DNA of 64,000 nt, from contig JABHWG010000082.1 in assembly GCA_018657885.1 (NCBI GenBank), positions 190 through 64,189 of the forward strand, in the 5' to 3' direction. The notes beneath the pieces are model-generated. The model made no database searches and was not told the DNA's origin. It was given only the letters and a program-made list of their open reading frames with translations. Source of the DNA: Pelagibacteraceae bacterium (GTDB taxonomy: Bacteria > Pseudomonadota > Alphaproteobacteria > HIMB59 > GCA-002718135). Numbering within the stretch: the first letter of the stretch is position 1; each line of letters starts with the position of its first letter. Below are positions 57,818 to 64,000 of the stretch, in pieces. The position numbers and the translations under genes are program-made.

Positions 57818-57988
57818 TTTACCTCCATATAAATATTTCATATATGAAACTTAAACATATACGCAATTTAATTAAAAGGGTTTTTACGAAATTTTATGTA
57901 AAATTTTTTAGTATGAAATACATACTTAATGAAAATATGTGATCTTTTTTCACTTGAAAAATAATATTTACGATATAATTTACTTCAA

Positions 57989-59020
57989 ATGGTTGTAATT
58001 AGAGATACTAATATATCTGGTGACTTAGAAGAAAAGCTTGGTAAAAATATTTGGTGGAAACCAGATATTGATAAAAAAGAGTTTAAAAAACTTTGTGTCA
58101 AGAGAACCATGCCTGGAATAATTTACACCAGTATGTATTTCATAGCCTTGGCAGGCTCTGGTTATTTAGCTTATTATACCTGGGGTACTTATTGGACCAT
58201 TTTATGGTTTTGGATTTATGGAACCATATATTCTTTTAGTGGTGCATATGATCATGAAAGCAGACATAGAACTTTATTTAAGCAAAGGTGGTTAAATGAA
58301 TTTTTCCAATACATTTTTTCTTTTATGACTAACTTTGAGCCAGTACGATGGAGATGGACTCATACTCTACACCATAGTTATACTCTTCATACAAAAGAAC
58401 CTTTGGATTTTGAAATTCAAGTTGATAGACCAAGTAAACTTTTTAAATATTTTGTTAGCTTTATGCCTTTTGGCCCATTACTTTGGATTCATCAATCTTA
58501 TTTAGCAGAAACTTTAAAAAATTCCCTAGGTATCATGACACCAGTCATTGAAGACTGTGTTCCTAAAGAGCATCAATGGAAGGTTTTTCTTTCCTCTAGA
58601 ATACATATGCTTATATGGGCATCTATAATTATCTTATCAATTTACTTTAACACTATTCTCCCAGTTTTATTTTTTCTATTACCTACATTTTATGGAAATA
58701 CTTTTTTTGCACTATGTGGTTTAACTCAGCATGCAGGACTTGCATTTGATGTTAAAGATCACCGTGTAAATTCGAGAACGGTTATTTTAAATCCAATTCT
58801 TAGTTGGTTATATGTAAAGTTAGAATACCATCAAGAACATCATATGTTTCCACAAGTACCCTGGTACAACTTACCTAAACTGCACGAGATGATTAAAGAT
58901 CAAATGCCTAAACCTAATAAAGGTTTAATCAGTGCCTACAGAGATATCATTCCTGCCATTATCAAACAAGCTTATGATCCAAACTTTGTTCCAGATAGAA
59001 AGCTTCCAAAATCTGTTTAA
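57989..59020 (+). CDS. membrane di-iron oxygenase, fatty acid desaturase/AlkB superfamily (paralog D3)
   Basis: 343 aa with His boxes HESRH, HTLHH and HQEHH, plus GLTQHAGL. It is clearly paralogous to D1 and D4 (shared blocks NFEPVRWR, LPxFYGNT, DHRxxxRTVxLNP, MFPQVP, IKDQMP). Confidence 0.85.
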   Translation: MVVIRDTNISGDLEEKLGKNIWWKPDIDKKEFKKLCVKRTMPGIIYTSMYFIALAGSGYLAYYTWGTYWTILWFWIYGTIYSFSGAYDHESRHRTLFKQRWLNEFFQYIFSFMTNFEPVRWRWTHTLHHSYTLHTKEPLDFEIQVDRPSKLFKYFVSFMPFGPLLWIHQSYLAETLKNSLGIMTPVIEDCVPKEHQWKVFLSSRIHMLIWASIIILSIYFNTILPVLFFLLPTFYGNTFFALCGLTQHAGLAFDVKDHRVNSRTVILNPILSWLYVKLEYHQEHHMFPQVPWYNLPKLHEMIKDQMPKPNKGLISAYRDIIPAIIKQAYDPNFVPDRKLPKSV

Positions 59021-59115
59021 GGATTTAGTTTGAATTTCATACTAAGTAAATAAAATATTATACACTTACATATAAAATATAAATAAATTAAAGTACTTGC
59101 TTATGGTTTCAACTA

Positions 59116-60348
59116 ATGAATAAAATATCAAAAATATTAATCCTTGGCGGGGGTCAAGCTGCTGCATATGCTGCAAAAGAGATTAGATCCATTGATATTA
59201 AGTCAGATTTAACTATTATTAGTGAAGAAAAATACTTACCATATGAAAGACCACCTTTATCTAAAGATTATATTTTAGATAAAGTTACATTTGATGATCT
59301 TCTTTTTTTTCCAGAAAATTTTTATAAAGAAAATAAAATTAATTTTATTGGCAGTACCCAAATAAACAAAGTTGATTTTGATAATAAAAAAATTAGCAGT
59401 TCACTAAAAAATTATGATTATGATAAATTATTAATAGCTACAGGTTCTACTAATAGGCATTTAGTGATAAGTGGTAAAACAATTTTACCTGAAGAGAATA
59501 TAATTTATTTAAGAAATTTTGAAGAGAGTAATATTTTAAAAAATAAAATTAATGAGGCTAATAATATTACAATTATCGGAGGTGGTTTTATAGGTTTAGA
59601 AATTGCTTCATCAGCAGTACAGAAAGGAAAAAATATTACAATTCTTGAGAGAGCTAGTCAGTTGATGGGTAGAGTGATCCCATTAGAGATAGCTAATTTA
59701 ATTCAAGATAAACATAAGGCTGTAGGTACTAAAATTCATTTAAATGCTGATATTAAAGATATTAAAAAAATTAATAATTCATATGAAATTAATCATAATA
59801 ATCAAATTTTATCTGCTGATTTAATTATTATAGGTGTAGGCTCTTTACCTAATACAGAAATTTTTCAAAACACCTCTTTAAAAATTGATAATGGAATTAT
59901 CACCGATGAATTTTCAGCAACTTCAATAGAAGATGTGTATGCAGCAGGTGATGTGTCAAATTTTTATCATCCCTTTTATCAGGAATATATGCGCCTTGAG
60001 TCATTTAAACATGCGCAAAATCATGGAATAAACGCTGGTAAAAATTTAATAGGACAAAAAACTTCTTACAATAAAATACCTTGGATGTGGTCTGATCAGT
60101 TTAATTTAAATTTACAACTAACAGGCATTTGTAATAATTATGATGCTACTGCACAAAGAGGCTCAACTCTTGAAGAAGGAATAATTTATTTTTTTCTTAA
60201 AAATAGAAAAATAGTGGGTGCCTGTGGTTTGGGCGTAGGAGGAAAAATAGGAAGAGATATTCGGTTAGCTGGAAAACTTTCAGAAAAAAAAACTAAAGTA
60301 ACTAACGAATTACTTTCAGATAAAAATAATAAGTTAAATAAAATTTAA
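59116..60348 (+). CDS. FAD-dependent ferredoxin--NAD(P)+ reductase (pyridine nucleotide-disulfide oxidoreductase family)
   Basis: 410 aa with the FAD-binding ILILGGGQAAAYAA, the NAD-binding ITIIGGGFIGLEIASS, AAGDV, and a C-terminal reductase domain. It resembles putidaredoxin, rubredoxin and Rieske-ferredoxin reductases. Confidence 0.85.
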   Translation: MNKISKILILGGGQAAAYAAKEIRSIDIKSDLTIISEEKYLPYERPPLSKDYILDKVTFDDLLFFPENFYKENKINFIGSTQINKVDFDNKKISSSLKNYDYDKLLIATGSTNRHLVISGKTILPEENIIYLRNFEESNILKNKINEANNITIIGGGFIGLEIASSAVQKGKNITILERASQLMGRVIPLEIANLIQDKHKAVGTKIHLNADIKDIKKINNSYEINHNNQILSADLIIIGVGSLPNTEIFQNTSLKIDNGIITDEFSATSIEDVYAAGDVSNFYHPFYQEYMRLESFKHAQNHGINAGKNLIGQKTSYNKIPWMWSDQFNLNLQLTGICNNYDATAQRGSTLEEGIIYFFLKNRKIVGACGLGVGGKIGRDIRLAGKLSEKKTKVTNELLSDKNNKLNKI

Positions 60349-60354
60349 CTTATT

Positions 60355-60747
60355 TTAGTAATAATCATATAAAGATTCAGCTTTTTTGTTCTTAATATTT
60401 TTTATTAAAATTGTTTTATTTTTTTCTTCCCATTTAAACAAGTTATTAACTACTGGTTTAAATAGAAGACCGAAAGAAGTAATGCTATATTCTACTTTTC
60501 TTGGGAAACCTTTAAATTGTTTTTTTTTAATTAATTTATCTTTTTCTAACTGTTTAAGTAACTTTGTGAGTAATTGTTGATTTATGTTTAATAAATTATT
60601 CTTAATTTCTCCAAAACGCATTTTTTTTTGGATTAAATAATATATTATTTCAAACTTAAATTTATTATCCAAAATATAAAATATTTTTTTAAAAGGATAA
60701 TTATGATTGTTTTTTTTTAACATTAAGTATTTTAGTATGATTTTCAT
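60355..60747 (-). CDS. HxlR family winged-helix transcriptional regulator
   Basis: 130 aa with ..KFKFEIIYYLIQKKMRFGEIKNNLLNINQQLLTKLLKQLEKDKLIKKKQFKGFPRKVEYSITSFG. It is divergent from the Rieske ferredoxin operon. Confidence 0.8.
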   Translation of the reverse strand: MKIILKYLMLKKNNHNYPFKKIFYILDNKFKFEIIYYLIQKKMRFGEIKNNLLNINQQLLTKLLKQLEKDKLIKKKQFKGFPRKVEYSITSFGLLFKPVVNNLFKWEEKNKTILIKNIKNKKAESLYDYY

Positions 60748-60827
60748 ATAATGTCATTTAAGAATATTATTTTTTAAAAAAAAATGTATAAAACTTGAAT
60801 TTAATAAAATTTAACTAGGTAAATAAT

Positions 60828-61151
60828 ATGGAAACTGAAAACAAAAATTGGCAGCTTGTAAGTGGTACTGCAGATATGGATATTGAAGACATAATTCGCT
60901 TTGATTATAACAATAAAACATACTGTGTGTATAAGCTTGAAGATGGATTTTTTGCTACAGATGGAATTTGTACTCATGAAGCGGTGCATTTAGAGGAAGG
61001 CTTAGTTATGGACGGTGAAATAGAATGTCCTATGCACCAAGGAATATTTGATATTAAGTCTGGGGCAGCCATAAGCCCTCCAGCCTGTGAAGATTTAAAA
61101 ACTTATCCAGTTAAAGTTGAAAATGATTTAGTTTATATTAATATATTCTAA
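60828..61151 (+). CDS. Rieske [2Fe-2S] ferredoxin (small, stand-alone)
   Basis: 107 aa with CTHEAVHL-x-CPMHQGIF, i.e. CxH-x16-CxxH. The size and layout match ferredoxin components of multicomponent oxygenases. Confidence 0.88.
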   Translation: METENKNWQLVSGTADMDIEDIIRFDYNNKTYCVYKLEDGFFATDGICTHEAVHLEEGLVMDGEIECPMHQGIFDIKSGAAISPPACEDLKTYPVKVENDLVYINIF

Positions 61152-61167
61152 TAATTAGGAGGTATTA

Positions 61168-61995
61168 ATGAGTAGAACAAAATTAACAGTTAAAGATTAT
61201 TTACAATCTAAAGGTAAAAGACAATTAAGTGTTATGTTTGTACATAGCGCAGAAGAAGCTTCAGCTGCTGAAGAAGCAAATATTGATATGATTTGCACTT
61301 CTCATGATGCTCCTCAATTTGGAGTATATAATTCATTTGATGAATTAAAAAGAATTCGTGAAGCAGCACCAACATGTTTTATGCAATCAGGTGGAGCTGT
61401 GCGTGTTGCATCAGAATATGAAGCTATGAAATTATCACACAAGTATTTAGATATTGGAGCCGATGTTATTTATGGAGGTAACTGGAGTTATAAATGGCTG
61501 AGAGCACTTCGAGATGAATACATTCCTATAAATAGCCATGTTGGACTAGTTCCTGGAAATGCAACATGGATCGGTGGATTTAAAGCTCAAGGCAAAACAG
61601 CTGATGAAGCAATTAAAGTGCTACAACATACTCTTGAGCTACAAGATGCTGGTGTTGTTGGAGTTGAGTTTGAGGTTGTGCCTCCAAAAGTTGCAGAAAT
61701 TGTAACTAAAAAAGTAGATATCATAACTCTTTCAATGGGAAGTGGATCTGGTTGTGATGGTCAGTACTTATTTGCTAATGATGTTCTTGGTTACACAGAT
61801 GGACACACTCCACGTCACGCAAGAATTTATAGAGATTTTAAAACAGAATATGCAAAACTTCAGGTTGAGAGAGTAAATGCTTTTAAAGAGTTTCATGCTG
61901 ATACCATAAATAAAAAATTTAATGACCCCAAAATTACTGTTGGCATAGAAGACAAGGAGTATGAAAAGTTTTTAAAATTATCAGAGAAATTTTAA
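61168..61995 (+). CDS. PanB-like protein, paralog P3
   Basis: 275 aa, with an AGGAGG RBS 7 nt upstream. It has SHVGLVPGNATWIGGFKAQGKT, VEFEVVP and SMGSGSGCDGQYLFANDVLGYTDGHTPRHARIY. It is closest to P2. Confidence 0.8.
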   Translation: MSRTKLTVKDYLQSKGKRQLSVMFVHSAEEASAAEEANIDMICTSHDAPQFGVYNSFDELKRIREAAPTCFMQSGGAVRVASEYEAMKLSHKYLDIGADVIYGGNWSYKWLRALRDEYIPINSHVGLVPGNATWIGGFKAQGKTADEAIKVLQHTLELQDAGVVGVEFEVVPPKVAEIVTKKVDIITLSMGSGSGCDGQYLFANDVLGYTDGHTPRHARIYRDFKTEYAKLQVERVNAFKEFHADTINKKFNDPKITVGIEDKEYEKFLKLSEKF

Positions 61996-62000
61996 TTAAA

Positions 62001-63017
62001 ATGTTTGCCGGCGAAGTTGATTTAAATACTTGGTATAAACCAAATATTGATAAAAAAATATTGAAAGGATTGTCTAAACGATCTGATCAAAAGGGCTTTT
62101 TAGATTTTTTGTTATTTATTATAATGTTAGTTATATCAGGATATTTATGTATCATTTCATGGGGGACATGGTGGTCTCTCCCTTCGTTGTTATTATATGG
62201 GAATATTTTTTATTGTAAGGTGATCAGTGTACAACATGAAACAAATCATGAAACTTATTTTAAATCACGTTGGTTAAATAAAATATTTTATAATATAACG
62301 TCGTTGTTAGGTGGTTTTGAATCTGTCCGATGGAAATGGAGTCACTTTCATCATCATACTTATACTATTTTTACTCATGAAGAAGTATATGATTATGAGA
62401 ATAACAGTCCTAGACCAACTGAGCCTATAAGATTTTTATTAAATTTTCTTCCATTAGGCCCAATAATTAATATACAAAAAGTAAGACATTTTACGCACTT
62501 TGAAATAATCAAACATGCATTAGCTATAATTTCACCTGTAGTGAAGTTAACCGTGCCAGAAAAAGAAATTACGATGGTAATTAATAGCTCACGTTGGTAC
62601 GTTTTGTTCTGGTTAGCAATTATTATTGTGTCAATTTATTTTAATTCTTGGCTCCCAATCATTATGATTATTTTACCTCCATTTTATGGAAATACTATTT
62701 TAATGATTTGTAGCATGACTCAACATGCAGGTTTAGCTGATAACGTTAAAGACCATAGAAAAAGTACTAGAACTGTAATTCTAAATCCTTTTTTTAGCTT
62801 CTTATATTCCAATATGGAATATCATATTGAGCATCATATTTTTCCTAAAATACCCTGTCATAATTTAAAAAAATTTCATGAAGTAGTTAAAGATCAAATG
62901 CCTCTACCTTTAAAAGGTGTTTTTCATGCCTATAAATCAATAATTCCTGCAATATTTAAGCAAGCAAAAGATAAAAACTATTTTATTGATGTACAAATAC
63001 CAAATATTAAAATTTAA
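62001..63017 (+). CDS. membrane di-iron oxygenase, fatty acid desaturase/AlkB superfamily (paralog D4)
   Basis: 338 aa with His boxes HETNH, HFHHH and HIEHH, plus SMTQHAGL. It starts 5 nt after P3. Confidence 0.85.
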   Translation: MFAGEVDLNTWYKPNIDKKILKGLSKRSDQKGFLDFLLFIIMLVISGYLCIISWGTWWSLPSLLLYGNIFYCKVISVQHETNHETYFKSRWLNKIFYNITSLLGGFESVRWKWSHFHHHTYTIFTHEEVYDYENNSPRPTEPIRFLLNFLPLGPIINIQKVRHFTHFEIIKHALAIISPVVKLTVPEKEITMVINSSRWYVLFWLAIIIVSIYFNSWLPIIMIILPPFYGNTILMICSMTQHAGLADNVKDHRKSTRTVILNPFFSFLYSNMEYHIEHHIFPKIPCHNLKKFHEVVKDQMPLPLKGVFHAYKSIIPAIFKQAKDKNYFIDVQIPNIKI

Positions 63018-63080
63018 TATTTTTATTAATTGTAAGTATTAAAGTTGTTTTAAATAAAAAATTATTTATAAAAACACCTA

Positions 63081-63914
63081 ATGAGAAAAAAAATAACTGT
63101 AAAAGATCTGCAAAATTTTAAAGGTAAAAAAAAATTAGTTTGTATTCTTGTTAAGAATGAAGAAGAAGCTCTTGCAGCTGATAAAGTAGGCTTTGAAATG
63201 TTAGCAACAGGCATAGCGGGAGAATATAAAAATGATGATGATCATCCTAATTTTAGTCAGTTAGTAAAAATGAGAGAAGCTGCTCCAACAGCTTTCATGC
63301 ATTGTGGGGCGCCAGACAGTTTGATACCAACTTTAGATGAAGCTAAAAAGTTTTCTTTTAAAATATTAGAACATGGTTTTGATATGCTTTATTGTAATAC
63401 GAGGTACGATCTTATTAATAATTTATATAAGGAAGGAATTCCCTGCCTTGGTCATGTTGGTCTTGTACCACCTAAAAGGACCTGGACTGGTGGTTTTGTG
63501 GCCGTAGGTAAAACTTCATCAGAAGCAATGATGATTTATGATCAATGTTTAAAAATTGAAGAAGCAGGAGGTGTTGCAATTGAAATGGAATGCGTTCCTT
63601 ATAAAATAGCAGAAGCAATTTCAAAAAAAGTAAAACCAACAGTAATGTCAATGGGTAGTGGGCCAGGGTGTGATGTTGAATATGTTTTTGGTTGTGATAT
63701 TTTAGGAACAACAAAAGGCCGCATACCTCGTCATGCAAAAAAATATAGAGATTTTCAACAAGAATTTGCAAGATTACAGATAGAAAGAGAAAATGCATTT
63801 AAAGAATTTTATGATGATGTGCATTCCGGAATCTTTCCTGAGAAAAAAAATATTGTAGAAATTGAAGAAAATGAGCTAGATATTTTTTTAAATAATTTAG
63901 AAAAAAGAAATTAA
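63081..63914 (+). CDS. PanB-like protein, paralog P4
   Basis: 277 aa with GHVGLVPPKRTWTGGFVAVGKT, IEMECVP and SMGSGPGCDVEYVFGCDILGTTKGRIPRHAKKY. Confidence 0.8.
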   Translation: MRKKITVKDLQNFKGKKKLVCILVKNEEEALAADKVGFEMLATGIAGEYKNDDDHPNFSQLVKMREAAPTAFMHCGAPDSLIPTLDEAKKFSFKILEHGFDMLYCNTRYDLINNLYKEGIPCLGHVGLVPPKRTWTGGFVAVGKTSSEAMMIYDQCLKIEEAGGVAIEMECVPYKIAEAISKKVKPTVMSMGSGPGCDVEYVFGCDILGTTKGRIPRHAKKYRDFQQEFARLQIERENAFKEFYDDVHSGIFPEKKNIVEIEENELDIFLNNLEKRN

Positions 63915-63918
63915 TTTC

Positions 63919-64000
63919 ATGAAAGATGAAATTTTAAAAGATGAAGATTACGGAACAAGAGATAAAAGGGGTCATTGGAAACCTTTTGGTACCATAGCTG
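63919..64000 (+). CDS. start of a further gene in the same operon (cut by the window end)
   Basis: The ATG lies 4 nt after the P4 stop, and the ORF (MKDEILKDEDYGTRDKRGHWKPFGTIA...) stays open to the window end. Its function is not assignable from 27 aa. Confidence 0.3.
   Translation, partial: MKDEILKDEDYGTRDKRGHWKPFGTIA

Noticed and set aside
28836-57841. Upstream-extended start codons offered by the ORF track: 28836 (subunit IV), 32553 (GATase), 35401 (amtB), 42283 (ATPase A), 47633 (kinase), 50963 (SBP B) and 57841 (SBP C).
   Set aside because: In each case an internal ATG is preceded by a Shine-Dalgarno-like GGAGG/GGGAGG/GGTGAGG, begins a proper signal peptide, or avoids overlap with the upstream gene or hairpin. 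The longer forms add implausible N-terminal residues.
43489-63017. Annotating D1-D4 as membrane lipid (acyl) desaturases.
   Set aside because: This is not excluded by sequence alone. However, the context argues for a soluble imported substrate: four copies next to solute importers, a Rieske ferredoxin and reductase, and no lipid biosynthesis genes. I therefore called them only at superfamily level.
39271-63798. Remaining embedded ORFs in the right half: 39271-39519 (+), 40575-40757 (-), 41151-41405 (+), 42693-42899 (-), 44578-44880 (+), 46393-47412 (+, three ORFs), 47579-48004 (+), 48698-49444 (+, two ORFs), 49807-50016 (+), 52910-53134 (+), 54483-54677 (+), 56251-56511 (+), 57109-57303 (-), 60386-60580 (+), 60801-60989 (-) and 63472-63798 (-).
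   Set aside because: All are antisense or out of frame within confidently assigned transporter, kinase, PanB-like, regulator or Rieske genes.
52258-63914. Annotating any of P1-P4 simply as panB (pantothenate biosynthesis).
   Set aside because: There are four copies, no panC/panD/panE context, tight linkage to oxygenase and ABC genes, and apparent loss of the canonical PanB Asp/Asp/Glu residues in my eye alignment. I kept them as PanB-like with unknown activity.
40514-64000. The possibility that the paralog-rich region is a mobile genomic island, integron or IS-mediated amplification.
   Set aside because: I found no integrase, transposase, tRNA attachment site, flanking direct repeats or terminal inverted repeats. 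By eye the composition matches the rest of the window. The paralogs are diverged at the protein level, so they are old duplications. The only trace of recent exchange is the 20-nt match reported separately.
1-64000. A search for tRNA, rRNA, tmRNA or other structured RNA genes in all spacers longer than 80 nt.
   Set aside because: No GC-enriched cloverleaf-like segments were seen. The only convincing structured RNA signals are the two glnA-type aptamers and the simple hairpins listed above.

Overview
This window is 64 kb of strongly AT-rich (by eye about 70% A+T, not computed), very compact bacterial chromosome. It holds about 70 genes, many with start/stop overlaps of 1-8 nt and short spacers. 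I found no rRNA, tRNA, transposase, integrase, phage genes or CRISPR. Gene content and style fit a streamlined marine alphaproteobacterium of the SAR11/Pelagibacterales type, but that is inference only because the window has no marker RNA.

Layout:
- 1-4.5 kb: sugar genes (Gfo/Idh/MocA oxidoreductase, ThuA-domain protein, xylB, xylA).
- 4.5-23.6 kb: housekeeping genes (ribF, ileS, lspA, pgi, rsmD, rluB-like, tadA, xseA, the lipid A/Kdo block lpxL-lpxK-waaA-DUF374-msbA, ubiA, M16 peptidase, thrC).
- 23.7-30.3 kb: respiration cluster (ctaG, pseudoazurin, CuA-type oxidase subunits II and I, two subunit-III paralogs, subunit IV, heme O synthase, and a tiny CxxC membrane ORF).
- 30.5-40.5 kb: mixed genes (rsmE, flavin reductase, ogt, GATase, sugar-phosphate isomerase, yqgE, dsbD-like, peroxiredoxin). 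This stretch also carries a truncated and frameshifted Gfo/Idh/MocA remnant and two tandem glutamine-riboswitch-like (glnA RNA) aptamers in front of amtB.
- 40.5-64 kb: the stand-out region, which runs off the window end.

The stand-out region contains three sugar-type (CUT2-like) ABC importers and an FGGY kinase. It also has four paralogous membrane di-iron oxygenases of the fatty-acid-desaturase/AlkB superfamily interleaved with four paralogous PanB-like (ketopantoate hydroxymethyltransferase family) proteins. One Rieske ferredoxin, one FAD ferredoxin reductase, a LysR regulator and an HxlR regulator complete it. I know of no described pathway that pairs these two enzyme families. The closest precedent for the oxygenase part is the rhizobial MocD/E/F O-demethylase. 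I propose, as hypothesis only, a modular system that hydroxylates or demethylates imported methylated sugars or polyols and hands the C1 unit to tetrahydrofolate.
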